A stretch of 64,000 nt of DNA from Nitrospirales bacterium (GTDB taxonomy: Bacteria; Nitrospirota; Nitrospiria; Nitrospirales; UBA8639), in NCBI GenBank assembly GCA_963555755.3, contig OY820905.2:2016001-2080000 (forward strand), written 5' to 3'. Position 1 is the stretch's first letter. Every line of letters begins with the position of its first letter. Made by a program: the position numbers and the translations under genes. Below the pieces are notes generated by a model. The model had not been told where the DNA came from, searched no databases, and saw nothing but the letters and a program-made list of their open reading frames with translations. Below are positions 41,170-51,757 of the stretch, piece after piece.

Positions 41170-41304
41170 TAGAGCAACCAACAGTCGATCAGAGGGCCAT
41201 GGCCCAAAGAAGCCTGATGTTCTGTCGAGTTGCGCTGTGCCTTGAGAAATAATGTCAGATTCGATTAAAAGAAACCCAGCCCCTGTTTAAAGAGAGGTGA
41301 ATCC

Positions 41305-41387
41305 ACGAGAATCGACATTTTATTCGAGTCTGACCCCATTTAATTACGAGAATCGACATTTTATTCGAGTCTGACCCCTTTTAATTA
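41305..41387 (+). repeat. 41-bp tandem duplication
   Basis: ACGAGAATCGACATTTTATTCGAGTCTGACCCC(A/T)TTTAATT x2. Confidence 0.9.
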
Positions 41388-41407
41388 ACAATTATGAGCA
41401 AGCCGCT

Positions 41408-42523
41408 TTAATCGGGTAGTGTGTTTCCTTCCTCGGTAAACAGATGTAACTTTTTCAAATCAAATACACAGTTTAAAATTTCGCTTTTTCTGACCCTGAG
41501 ATCTTTATTAAATCGAGATGTAAAACTCCCCATATCGCCCTCAAGATGAACGATAGTCGAATCGCCTAGGTATTCAACCATTTTCACTTGAGCCGCCATC
41601 TTGGGACTCGGTGCGACGGCATGGCTATAGTGTTCATCAAGATAGATATCTTCTGGTCGAACACCTAAAATCAGTCCGCCAAAATTTTTCGAGCAGTCTA
41701 AATGATAATCCGTACAGATATGACTCAAATCAATTTTATAGGAGCCCAACTGAAAAAACGACCTCCCCTCCTGTAGAATGGCACGTCCATGGATAAAATT
41801 CATGGGTAGAGACCCCACAAATCCTGCAACAAACTGATCAACAGGATTATTATAGACCTCTTCCGGTGTTCCTGTCTGGCAGGCTACGCCTTGGTTTAAG
41901 ATGACCACCCGATCTGCCATGGTCATGGCTTCATGCTGATCATGAGTGACATAGATCGAAATAGCTCCGCATTGTTCATGGAATTTCAAAATTTCTTGGC
42001 GCATCTCAATTCGCAATTGGGCATCTAAATTTGATAGTGGTTCGTCAAATAAAATAACTTTCGGTTTGCGAACAAACGCTCGTCCCAAAGCCACTCGCTG
42101 CCGTTGGCCGCCACTGAGAGCTCCTGGTTTTTTGTCCAGTAAGTCTTGAAGATGCAAAATCTTTGCCGCGTCCGTCACGGTTTTTTCGATTTTCCGAGCT
42201 GGCTCCTTGCGAATCCTCATTCCAAAGGCGAGATTTTCATAGACATTCATATGGGGAAACAGTGCATAATTTTGAAAAACCATGGAGATATTTCGTAAAT
42301 TAGACTCCACGTTGGTGATATCCTGGCCATCAAGATTGATCGCACCATGTGATACGGGAACAAGACCGGCAATCATCCGCAATACGGTCGATTTACCGCA
42401 ACCGGACGGTCCCACTAATACGACAAACTCCCCCGGTTTAAATTTCGCGGAAAGCTGCCGAATCGTTGGGTGTTCATTTCCTGAATAATGTTTTTCTAGA
42501 TTCTTTAGTTCTAGTCCTTCCAT
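41408..42523 (-). CDS. Sugar ABC transporter ATP-binding protein (MalK/MsmX-like)
   Basis: GPSGCGKS, VFQNYALFPH, LSGGQRQR and DEPLSNLD motifs. Confidence 0.95.
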   Translation of the reverse strand: MEGLELKNLEKHYSGNEHPTIRQLSAKFKPGEFVVLVGPSGCGKSTVLRMIAGLVPVSHGAINLDGQDITNVESNLRNISMVFQNYALFPHMNVYENLAFGMRIRKEPARKIEKTVTDAAKILHLQDLLDKKPGALSGGQRQRVALGRAFVRKPKVILFDEPLSNLDAQLRIEMRQEILKFHEQCGAISIYVTHDQHEAMTMADRVVILNQGVACQTGTPEEVYNNPVDQFVAGFVGSLPMNFIHGRAILQEGRSFFQLGSYKIDLSHICTDYHLDCSKNFGGLILGVRPEDIYLDEHYSHAVAPSPKMAAQVKMVEYLGDSTIVHLEGDMGSFTSRFNKDLRVRKSEILNCVFDLKKLHLFTEEGNTLPD

Positions 42524-42527
42524 CGTG

Positions 42528-43343
42528 TTAACCTTTTATCCCGCTTGAAGCCAAAGCCTCGACGAAATATTTTTGAAAGAAGCAATAGCTGATAATAATC
42601 GGCAAGACCAACATCATATTCGCGGCCATTTCAATTCCGAATTGACCACCTGATTCGCCGCCCTTGGTGAATAACACCACCATTTGCGGCAACGTCATCA
42701 TGGCTTTTTCGTGCACAACGATCATGGGCCATAACACTTCATTCCACGATCCCATAAAGGTTAATATTCCAATTGTGACAATGGCGGGCTTTGCCAAGGG
42801 CCAAAATATCTTGCGCAATATCTGGAATTCGCTGGCTCCTTCCATGCGGGCCGCTTCCATGAGTTCATAGGGAATTGTCATAAATGTTTGCCGGAAAATA
42901 AGAATACCCAGTCCACTCATCAATGACGGCACGATGAGTCCCAGATAGGAATCCGCCCAACCAAAATAGACGATGAGTTGATACAGCGGGATCAATGTCA
43001 ATTGGCCAGGTATCATCATGCTGATCATCACGATGGCCATGATGGCTCCTTGACCCTTGAACTGTAGTTTGGCCAATGAATAGCCCACGAGAGAGGAAAA
43101 GAAAATAACCGAACAGGTCACCGTTCCTGCAATGAAACAACTATTGATCAATGCCCGACCTATGGGAATCCGATCAAAAACGGCTTGATAATTTGCTAGG
43201 GTAAAATTTTCTGAGAACAAACCTAGATCTTGAAATTCTGAAATAGGCCGTAGAGAGATCGAACCCATCCATAAAAACGGATAGATAAACGAAACTGCAC
43301 CGGCAATTAATATCACGTAGACTAGTAATCTTCTCATGCTCAT
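42528..43343 (-). CDS. Carbohydrate ABC transporter permease (MalG-like)
   Basis: EAARMEGAS loop, WNE..WP. Confidence 0.93.
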   Translation of the reverse strand: MSMRRLLVYVILIAGAVSFIYPFLWMGSISLRPISEFQDLGLFSENFTLANYQAVFDRIPIGRALINSCFIAGTVTCSVIFFSSLVGYSLAKLQFKGQGAIMAIVMISMMIPGQLTLIPLYQLIVYFGWADSYLGLIVPSLMSGLGILIFRQTFMTIPYELMEAARMEGASEFQILRKIFWPLAKPAIVTIGILTFMGSWNEVLWPMIVVHEKAMMTLPQMVVLFTKGGESGGQFGIEMAANMMLVLPIIISYCFFQKYFVEALASSGIKG

Positions 43344-44227
43344 TAGTAATAACGTTCTGAATCGAGGTATTGCTTTTGTATAAAAACACACACCATAATA
43401 ATCAAGGCGAGGGCAAATCCCAATGTCGCAGCATAGCCCATATGCTGAAATGAAAACGCCTGCTTATACATATACAGAACGACTGACATCGTACTCCCTT
43501 GAGGCCCACCGCCCGTCATCACATACGGCTCAATAAATAAGTTAAACCCACCTAGTGTCGACATCACCACAACCAATAACATCGTTGGCTTTAACAGTGG
43601 CAGAGTGATGTAGCGGAATTCATGCCACGAAGAAGCCCCTTCCATTTTTGCGGCTTCGTAGACCGGTTGTGGGATCGCTAAAATACCGGCAAGAAAAAAA
43701 ACGATATAGAGACCAAGATTTTTCCATGTGGCCATAATGGCAATCGCTGGCATGGCAATTCCTGGGTCTGTAAGCCACGGCACCGCATCAATCCCTGCCA
43801 GCGATAAGACATAATTAATGAGACCACCTTCTGTTGAATAGAGCCGTTGCCACAGTATGGTCACGGCAGCACCAGAAATCACCACAGGCAGGAAAAATGT
43901 CGCGCGGAAAAACACTCGGCCTTTTAAGGGTTTCGCGAGGGCGACAGCAAGGGCAAGCGCTATTATAATTTGCAGCGGAATGTGTATCGCTAAAAAATAT
44001 AGGGTATTCGTCAAGGCCTGCCAGAATAAATGGTCTGACATAAGATATTTGAAATTTCTTAATCCGACGTATTGAGGGTCCGTAATCAGATCCCAGCGAT
44101 GAACAACTAGATACAGAGAAAACCCGACTGGATAAAGAAAAAAAACCAAAAGATGGATCACATAAGGACTCGTAAATACAAGTCCGGCTTTTGAATTTGA
44201 TTGTTCAAATTGCATCGGGTTCACCAA
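43343..44227 (-). CDS. Carbohydrate ABC transporter permease (MalF-like)
   Basis: VGLRNF, YEAAKMEGAS and MTGGGP motifs. Confidence 0.93.
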   Translation of the reverse strand: MVNPMQFEQSNSKAGLVFTSPYVIHLLVFFLYPVGFSLYLVVHRWDLITDPQYVGLRNFKYLMSDHLFWQALTNTLYFLAIHIPLQIIIALALAVALAKPLKGRVFFRATFFLPVVISGAAVTILWQRLYSTEGGLINYVLSLAGIDAVPWLTDPGIAMPAIAIMATWKNLGLYIVFFLAGILAIPQPVYEAAKMEGASSWHEFRYITLPLLKPTMLLVVVMSTLGGFNLFIEPYVMTGGGPQGSTMSVVLYMYKQAFSFQHMGYAATLGFALALIIMVCVFIQKQYLDSERYY

Positions 44228-45477
44228 TTTCGATAAATATGTTCAACATGGTTTGCGGCATTTTCGATGGCTTTTTTTGCCGGGATAGTTCCATATACGG
44301 CGGCCGCCTCATATTGCTGCCCCAAAAAATCAAGGATTTCGACGATATGTTCCGAATTATCACCGGGCTTGGTAAAGGGGACTTGCGAGGCAAATGGAAC
44401 CAGATCCTTCCTTCTGACAAAAACCTCCTTATAATAGCTGTCAGTGATTAATCCTTTGCGAACTGGAATTTGACCGGTTATATCGAGTAATAATTTATCT
44501 GCCTTCTTAGACGTCATGAATTTGACGAACTCCCATGCCGCCTCAGGATGCTGAGTATTTTTAAAAACCACAAAGGATTTGGGATCCCCAAATGTATAGG
44601 CTGGCCCAGTATGGCCATCGGGAACCGGGATGGGAATCGTTTTGAAATTAAATTTTTGTGGCATCGACCGTTCAAACATTTTAAGAGCCCAAGGGCCAAC
44701 GATAGTCATGCCAACTGTTTGTTGGACAAATAGATTCGACACCGTACCGGATTTAGGGAAATACCCGCGGGCAAAACCCCTCTGGAAAAAATCCATCACC
44801 GCGATAGCCGAGACGTTATTAAAATCAGCCCGGCCTTGGTTTAATAGAGAGCGACCATTTGTGGCCGCCATGTAAAATGGCAGAAAATCATATAAACGCT
44901 GCCACCAAAGAACCGTCGTCGACGGACTCATCGCCCATCGATCAATTCGCCCGTCCCCATCGGTGTCAGCCGTCAGCTTCTTCGCGGCCGTCCAAAATTC
45001 ACCATAGGTTCTTGGGGGTTTGATTTTGAGCTTTTGAAAGAGATCGATATTATACACCAGCATGACTGGATTCAATTTCCATGGTAACTGATGGTAATGG
45101 CCGTCTGGCGAGCGGTAGTCTTTCAAGATAGTGGCGCCGATCCGTGTCTCTGTTTCTTTGGCAAAGTTTTTTAAGCCTTCCAATCTTAACAGGCTATCGG
45201 CCTTCACAAATCTATTCAGCATGGCCGGCAGCATATTGGAATAAATATCAGGATTGGTTTTCGCAACAATGGCGGCTAACAAGACCTCTTCGCTACTCGC
45301 ACCAGCTGGGACGGGTTGTAATTTTATAGGGGTTTCAGCATGGGTATGATTCCACTCTTTCACCAGGCGTTTGGCGAGTTCAATTTCCTCGGGGTTGGTG
45401 GCGCACCAATAGATGAGCGGCGCACCGACACTAATTTCAGCATATAATAAAAGGATAGCTAGAAGTATGATCCTCAT
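44221..45477 (-). CDS. Carbohydrate ABC transporter substrate-binding protein
   Basis: Signal peptide; YNIDLF..PPRTY.E, GPW and AAWEFVKF motifs. Confidence 0.9.
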   Translation of the reverse strand: MRIILLAILLLYAEISVGAPLIYWCATNPEEIELAKRLVKEWNHTHAETPIKLQPVPAGASSEEVLLAAIVAKTNPDIYSNMLPAMLNRFVKADSLLRLEGLKNFAKETETRIGATILKDYRSPDGHYHQLPWKLNPVMLVYNIDLFQKLKIKPPRTYGEFWTAAKKLTADTDGDGRIDRWAMSPSTTVLWWQRLYDFLPFYMAATNGRSLLNQGRADFNNVSAIAVMDFFQRGFARGYFPKSGTVSNLFVQQTVGMTIVGPWALKMFERSMPQKFNFKTIPIPVPDGHTGPAYTFGDPKSFVVFKNTQHPEAAWEFVKFMTSKKADKLLLDITGQIPVRKGLITDSYYKEVFVRRKDLVPFASQVPFTKPGDNSEHIVEILDFLGQQYEAAAVYGTIPAKKAIENAANHVEHIYRNW

Positions 45478-45539
45478 TATGGCTCGATATAAGAGACTCC
45501 CACATTCAAACATGAAGTGCACCCCGTGTTTCCCGAAAG

Positions 45540-45900
45540 ACTATCGTACGGGGTACGATAGTCTAAACACTTCCGCGGTCGATTGTTCAATAAATTTTCG
45601 ATGCGATGGATCTCCCTCTGCCCCAGCGCATGAAAATTGGTTCCCTTGGGGAAGAACCGTCGGATCAACCCATTGACCTGTTCCACACTGCCTTTCTCCC
45701 AACTGTGATCGGGGGCACAAAACAATGACTCGGTGCCCAAGGTCTTATTCATCCCTTCATGCAATGTGTTTTCACTACCAGTATCAGCAGTTCGCGACTG
45801 ATGCTGGAAGGACTGCGCTGTACGCGTTGGGCGATTGCTCTTCGGCTGAGGTTTTCCTTCTGCCACCAATAGATTAAGGTTCGTTCTTTGTGATCACAAC
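45540..45900 (-). pseudogene. IS30 family transposase C-terminal remnant
   Basis: SWEKGSVEQVNGLIRRFFPKG and LNNRPRKCLDYRTP. Confidence 0.82.
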
Positions 45901-45940
45901 GCTAGCAGCCCTTTGTCATGCGCCACCTCCTGATTACTTA

Positions 45941-46097
45941 GGGTTCGCGCAAGAATAACTTCCCCTGTTTGGGTGCTGAGACGCCTGTCTGGCAAGGCGC
46001 GAGGACTGCGCATACTCCTCGTATGGAAAGGACGAGCAACGCCGCCAGGCGGGATGGATCGACGCTCAAACAGGGGAAGTTATTCTTGCGCGAACCC
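45941..46097. mobile_element. MITE family G (157 bp), free-standing
   Basis: TIR GGGTTCGCGCAAGAATAACTTCCCCTGTTTG with TSD TTA. Confidence 0.9.
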
Positions 46098-46122
46098 TTA
46101 GGATACGGTGGTGCACTTCGTT

Positions 46123-46710
46123 TTAAAATATGGGACGCTCGTGGGACGGCACGAGGAAGACAGAGAGGACAGGAACGGTGGCAGTGGCGGGAAAGAAATC
46201 AATCGAGACTAGGTCGAGAAGGTGATGATTGAGAAAGGTCCGCCACGATTGTGACGGAGGCTTCCGGTCCCGCCTCATATATTTTGATACCGTAGCCTGT
46301 GAGACTTGGATGTCGAGTGTGAGCCGTTCCCCGTGAATCCGTGGTGCTCCCCACAATGGATTGGCCCGGCACAGATTTCGGATGAGATTCCGTACTGCGG
46401 GATCAATGGCGAGACGTCCGAGTCTCTGGCCGTGGCTTTTCCACGCGCCATACTGTCGGAAGCCCTGCCGGTGCCAAGAGACGACGGTCTCGGGTTGCAC
46501 AATGAGGAGAATTTCGGACCAGTGCCTCCAGATTCGTGACAGCACTATCCAAAACATCCGATCAGAGGGTATGAGTGGTGGCCTTTTGGCCGAACGGTTC
46601 AAGACCGCGAGCGGTTACCGAAGGGTGAGATTCTCAAGGATGAGTGGCTATCGCGTCTTGAAAGTCGAGAGAAGGGTTTTGACCGTCAACTGGAGCAAAG
46701 TAATCATGGC
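46123..46710 (-). pseudogene. Integrase-core transposase remnant
   Basis: IVQPETVVSWHR, NPLWGAPRIHGE, SQSWRTFL..H..SIDFF; frameshifted and truncated. Confidence 0.75.
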
Positions 46711-46754
46711 CAGCAAGGGTGCCTGGGTTGGCTGAAAGATTCCAGGGCCCTCAA

Positions 46755-47798
46755 TTAATTCAATACGGATGAATGAATAGAAGGGACAGGAATAAAAATT
46801 TCGTTACGGTCGCTATACGACCCACCAGGGGTTGGACCGCCACTGATGACGTAGAAGCGCTGATCCAGGACCGCCGACCCAAGCCCATGACGGGCCGTGG
46901 GCATGGGAGGCATAGCTTGCCAGGTATTCAGTCGAGGAGAATACCTTTCATTGGTATTAAAGGTCCCCCCCACCGACTCACCGCCTACGACATAGATCCA
47001 CGCATCGATCACCCCAGCCGTTATGCCGCTTCGGGCGGTTGGCATGCCGGCCCTTGTTTCCCATTGATCGCGCACCGGGTCATACTCTTCCACCGTTGTT
47101 AAATTATCCCGGTAATTCAAGCCAACCCGGCCACCAATGGCATATATACGTCCTCCCACAGATACCGCCGTCAAGTGATCGCGTGGGGTGGGAAGGGGTG
47201 CCACGGATGCCCAGGCATCATCTACTGGATCATAGACCTCGACCACCCTGGGATTACTTTCCCCATCGTATCCCCCAAGGGCATACAATTTGTTTTCGAA
47301 ATTAACGACAGCCAGCCCTCCTCGTGCCGTAGGCATACCAGCGCGCGCTATCCACTCATCACGGCCAGGATCATATGCGAACACATGGTTGACCGGATTC
47401 CAGATTGAAAAGCCGGCAGCGGTAAAACCACCAACAACATATAATTTCCCATTCAGCTCCGCTGCTCCGGCATGATGGAGGCCAAGTGGGAGTGGGGCCT
47501 TGGTCGTCCATTTGTCTTTGGTCGGGTTATACGCTTCAACACTTTTGCTCACAGTTAAGCCCAAAAGATTTGAAAAACTTGGCGCACTGAATCCCCCCAC
47601 CACATAGATGATTCCGTTCACTGCTGCCACAGCTACTTCCGTCCGCTTCGTGGAAGCAGGAGCACCCGTAATCCAATGCCCTTGATCCGGGATCGCCCCC
47701 AGTCCTCCATTGGCCCAGCTCAGCCAGAGAACCATGAGAAGACTGAGAACCACCGATCTTTTTATTCCCCTCACCCCACCTACCAACATTTTACGCAT
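46755..47798 (-). CDS. Kelch repeat protein, probably exported
   Basis: Six IYVxGG...YDP..W..MPTAR repeats. Confidence 0.92.
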   Translation of the reverse strand: MRKMLVGGVRGIKRSVVLSLLMVLWLSWANGGLGAIPDQGHWITGAPASTKRTEVAVAAVNGIIYVVGGFSAPSFSNLLGLTVSKSVEAYNPTKDKWTTKAPLPLGLHHAGAAELNGKLYVVGGFTAAGFSIWNPVNHVFAYDPGRDEWIARAGMPTARGGLAVVNFENKLYALGGYDGESNPRVVEVYDPVDDAWASVAPLPTPRDHLTAVSVGGRIYAIGGRVGLNYRDNLTTVEEYDPVRDQWETRAGMPTARSGITAGVIDAWIYVVGGESVGGTFNTNERYSPRLNTWQAMPPMPTARHGLGSAVLDQRFYVISGGPTPGGSYSDRNEIFIPVPSIHSSVLN

Positions 47799-47957
47799 CC
47801 CTCAATGATGAAAAACCTCCATTGATCCCTGCCTTTCTGTGGTAAACCTCTAACACCCTATCCCTTCTATACATTCAACCGCATTGAACTACTTGCGTGT
47901 TGTAGATACGGCAAGGCGGGATGCGTATTGTGACCATACGACTTTTCCACCTTAAAC

Positions 47958-48257
47958 TTATTTGCTGGGACGCGCTTTACCGGCCATAGCCTTTAATTCT
48001 GATCCGCATTTAAACGTCACCGTCTTCGAGGCTTTAATCTTAATGACCTCGCCAGTCCCAGGATTGCGGCCTTTTCTCGCGGGACGGGATTTGATGGTAA
48101 AGGTTCCAAACCCAACTAACCGAACTTCCCCGTCTTTCTTAATGCCGGTTTCAATCGCGGATAGTACGGCCTGAAGCGCGCGGGTTGCTGCCGCCTTGGA
48201 TTCTAAACCAGAAGCCTTATTGGATACTAGTTGTTCTACGAGACTTTCTTTTCTCAT
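47958..48257 (-). CDS. hup: HU family DNA-binding protein
   Basis: VRLVGFGTF..RPARKGRNPGTGE motif. Confidence 0.93.
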   Translation of the reverse strand: MRKESLVEQLVSNKASGLESKAAATRALQAVLSAIETGIKKDGEVRLVGFGTFTIKSRPARKGRNPGTGEVIKIKASKTVTFKCGSELKAMAGKARPSK

Positions 48258-48464
48258 AACCCTTTTCCCTCCTTCTAAGGTGAGTCTTTGACAATCGCTG
48301 TACAAGATATAGGTTTTTCCAATGACTTTTCAAGAAATTTTTGAAAAAAACATTTGGATAAAATGTTTTGCACTCTAGTCATCGTAGGGGTTTGATGGCG
48401 CTGTGCATGGCGAATTCCTCATCGCTCCTGCCTGAGGCTCATTTATCCGCTCATGACCGTACTG

Positions 48465-48731
48465 TCACCATGGATGAGTTTTTTGACCATACGGATAGAG
48501 CCAAATCCAAAACAGGCGTGCGCGCATGCCGAATCGGAGACGTTTCGGTGGTATTTGGTTCACCATGGCTACCTGTTGGCGAAGCGCAAAGATTTCAGGG
48601 TGAAGGACGGTACGGCTTCGGGCTAGCCCACCGAGTGTCGCCGTGACGGGGAGGAAGATTGTTGTCATGCGTGCGACGCTATAGCGAGAAGTCAACGAAT
48701 TCAACAAGGATGAGGATTTTGGTAGGGACAC
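48465..48731 (-). pseudogene. Integrase-core transposase 5' remnant
   Basis: RSRTVLHPEIFALRQQ resembles the N-terminus of the 46123-46710 element. Confidence 0.55.
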
Positions 48732-48734
48732 GTC

Positions 48735-48848
48735 CTAAAGCCAGATGGCATGGCTAATGATCTCGGGTGGGAACCGGTAACCGTGGTAGTTGGGCGTGTT
48801 GTTTTCCATCCACCCAGTCTGCCAACCTTCATTCAACTTGACAACATC
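48735..48848 (-). pseudogene. IS6 left end and transposase N-terminal fragment
   Basis: MENNTPNYHGYRFPPEIISHAIWL* downstream of an IR-like TGTTGTCAAGTTGA; paralogous to 58106-58844. Confidence 0.75.
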
Positions 48849-48902
48849 TACCTTCAGCCTCCAAAGAGAGCCAAACTATCTTAGGAACGGAAGGACGATG
48901 AA

Positions 48903-49157
48903 ATGGATTTCATAACGATTTTGGGTTATGTGGCAGGGGCATGTACCACCTCGGCGTTTTTTCCGCAGGCGATAAAGATTGTCAAAACAAAGCATACCAA
49001 AGATATCTCCTTGAGTATGTATTCCGTTTTAAACACAGGTGTGTTGCTGTGGTGTGTGTATGCCCTGATCAACCATGATTGGCCCTTGGCCCTCGCGAAT
49101 GCCGTGACCTTGTTCTTGGCCGGATGGATCCTCCTACTCAAAATTCGGTATGGGTAA
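48903..49157 (+). CDS. SemiSWEET (PQ-loop) transporter
   Basis: TTSAFFPQ..K..KT..TKDIS, 3 TM helices, 84 aa. Confidence 0.9.
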   Translation: MDFITILGYVAGACTTSAFFPQAIKIVKTKHTKDISLSMYSVLNTGVLLWCVYALINHDWPLALANAVTLFLAGWILLLKIRYG

Positions 49158-49624
49158 CCTGTGGATCTTGCATTCGTAATGATCCCCCACTATTCATGTA
49201 TTTCAATACGGATGAATGAATAGAAGGGAAAGGGGGAAATTCAGCCCATGAGCCAGGTGAGGATACACTGCGGGGGCAAGCAGGGAAGGGCCTCCGTCAA
49301 CTGCTCACCTGTATTCATTCCCTGATTGGCGCGATTGACACCGCGCTGCTCCTTCGATACTTTTCTGGTTTCCCAAAAAGGGCGTGTATTTTTCCTATTC
49401 TCCCAAAAACCCGTTTAATTTTCCTATTCTCAAAGGGAAGATGACCAGAAATTTTTGAGAGACTCTCAAAGCTTGATAAAAATGAATCGCTCTTTCTTTC
49501 AAAGAAGTTTGCTGGAAATCTTGATGAATTCAGTGACGTGACTGAATAGGGATACCCCGTTTTGAAAAAGTTCCTGTTGTGAAATCTGGATTCCAAGATG
49601 TTTTTTTTGATGAAGGAGGACAAG

Positions 49625-50338
49625 ATGCATACAGAAAAAGTTGAATATACCGACAATGGCGTGACCCTCGAAGGCTATCTGGCGTATGACGAAAGTATCC
49701 AGGGAAAGCGGCCGACTGTGTTGATTTCTCATGCCTGGGCCGGGCGAGCGGCGTTTGAATGCCAGAAAGCAGAAGCTTTGGCAGAATTAGGCTATGCGGG
49801 ATTTGCCCTGGATATGTATGGCAAGGGAAAACTCGGCACCACTAAGGAGGAAAATACGGCATTGATGATGCCTTTCCTCGAAGACCGCGCTTTGCTGAGA
49901 AGACGAATCACCGCCGGGTTGAAGAAAGCCCGTGAATTAGAGGTAGTGGATACGGAAAAGATAGGCGCCATGGGTTTTTGTTTTGGAGGATTGTGTGTGC
50001 TCGATTTGGCCCGCAGCGGCGCTGATGTGAAAGGAGTGATCAGCTTTCACGGTTTATTCAATGCTCCTGAAAATTTGCCCAACGAGCCCATTAAAGCGAA
50101 AGTATTGGCCCTGCATGGACAGGATGATCCGATGGTTCCTCCGGAGCAAGTGGCCGCTCTTCAAAAAGAAATGACGAATGCCGAAGTCGACTGGCAGATT
50201 CATGCTTATGGCAATACCATGCATGCATTTACCAATCCGGAAGCAAACGATCCCGGTTTCGGCACCGTTTATAATGCTGATGCTGATAAACGTTCCTGGA
50301 TAGCCATGAAAAACTTTTTCGAGGAAATTTTTGCTTAG
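49625..50338 (+). CDS. Dienelactone hydrolase family protein
   Basis: GFCFGG nucleophile motif, HGQDD and HAFTNP. Confidence 0.93.
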   Translation: MHTEKVEYTDNGVTLEGYLAYDESIQGKRPTVLISHAWAGRAAFECQKAEALAELGYAGFALDMYGKGKLGTTKEENTALMMPFLEDRALLRRRITAGLKKARELEVVDTEKIGAMGFCFGGLCVLDLARSGADVKGVISFHGLFNAPENLPNEPIKAKVLALHGQDDPMVPPEQVAALQKEMTNAEVDWQIHAYGNTMHAFTNPEANDPGFGTVYNADADKRSWIAMKNFFEEIFA

Positions 50339-50607
50339 GCCATGTCAGGCGTTGTTGCATAATGGTTGTTACCTCATTGAATTGGTTACATTTTCAGGTG
50401 TGTGACGCTGAAGCCAAATTTCTATGCAGGACTAATGAAAAAGAATTCCAGAACCTACCCTCTGATTGGGTTAACTTCCGCTGAATTGGAATGAATGGAA
50501 CGCGGATACTGAAAAGCAGCAGAAACCTACCATGAGTGGGGAACCTAAAATTTCTCCCCCGTGTTAAGCTTCGAAAGGTGTTGGAAGTCTCACACCGATT
50601 CAGAACC

Positions 50608-51606
50608 ATGAAGGATATTTTCTTCGCTGTATTATTAATTATCCCCTTTTCCATGGATGTCAGCTTCGGAGCCACCTGTCAACAATGGGGCCCTGGCACA
50701 CCCTTTGGTCGCCTGGATACTTCAAAAATTTCCGAGGCTAGTGGCCTATCCGCCTCTCAAAGGTTTCCTAACCGCCTGTACCATATCAATGATTCGGGAG
50801 GGGGAGCCTATTTCTATCTCACAGACTTATATGGGAATAACACTCAGTCCGTTCGCATTGCTGGGTTTCCCAACAGTGATACCGATTTCGAAGATATTGG
50901 AGTAGGGCCCTGCGACACACATTCACATTGCGTATTTATCGGGGATATTGGAGACAATAGTAAATTCGATGAATCACCTACAAGGAAAAACATTGTTATT
51001 CTGATTATTGAGGAAGAGAAAAAATTCTCCAAAGTCGTCGTTCCCAAACACCGTATCACTGTGGTCTATCCCGATGGGCCGCATAATGCCGAGGGTTTAG
51101 CTGTCCATCCTAATGGAGATCTGTTCATTATGACCAAGGAGTTTGATTTACTAGAATGGGAATCTTCCTCCGCAAAATTGTTTAAACTGCATCGTACCCA
51201 GTGGGAAAAGAACCAGAACCAAGTTCAATCCCTAACTTTTGTTGGGGAAATCGATGTCCCCGCTCTGATGGGACCGGATTCTGCCTTATGGGATGGAATG
51301 GTGACGGCCTTCGATATTGCTTCGGATGGCAACTCTTTTTTGCTCCTGACCTACGGTGGCGCTATTGAGTTTTTCATTGATTTGTCCACACCGGATCTGA
51401 GTCTGCCCCAGAAATTTATGGAGGGACGGGATTACAGGCTCCTAGATCTCAAGGTGCTTCCTCAGCAGGAAGGGATTGGATACCTGCCTGGGTCGAGGAG
51501 TTTTATTTATGGGACGGAACTCAGTAGTCGACTCTTTCGTCTCCTTCGAGGTCACAGTGCATTTGACCGGAAAGCAACCCTGATAAGAGTTGACTGTTTA
51601 AAATAG
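50608..51606 (+). CDS. Exported beta-propeller-like hypothetical protein
   Basis: Signal peptide; EASGL, NDSG, DFEDI, GDIGDN, HNAEGL and QEGI motifs. Confidence 0.7.
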   Translation: MKDIFFAVLLIIPFSMDVSFGATCQQWGPGTPFGRLDTSKISEASGLSASQRFPNRLYHINDSGGGAYFYLTDLYGNNTQSVRIAGFPNSDTDFEDIGVGPCDTHSHCVFIGDIGDNSKFDESPTRKNIVILIIEEEKKFSKVVVPKHRITVVYPDGPHNAEGLAVHPNGDLFIMTKEFDLLEWESSSAKLFKLHRTQWEKNQNQVQSLTFVGEIDVPALMGPDSALWDGMVTAFDIASDGNSFLLLTYGGAIEFFIDLSTPDLSLPQKFMEGRDYRLLDLKVLPQQEGIGYLPGSRSFIYGTELSSRLFRLLRGHSAFDRKATLIRVDCLK

Positions 51607-51625
51607 GGTATTGTTAATTTGATAG

Positions 51626-51755
51626 GGTATTGTCAACTTAAGCCAAATTTGGCTCCGTCTCCGCGTGGAGCCGGTAACCTGTTCCCTGAAATCAATGGAT
51701 TATAGCCAGGTGAATTGTCTGTTCAGTGTCAAATTTTTGTTAAGTTGACAATACC
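51626..51755. mobile_element. Mini-IS6 (non-autonomous, 130 bp)
   Basis: TIR GGTATTGTCAACTTAA / TTAAGTTGACAATACC, identical to the IR at 58052. Confidence 0.85.
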
Positions 51756-51757
51756 CC

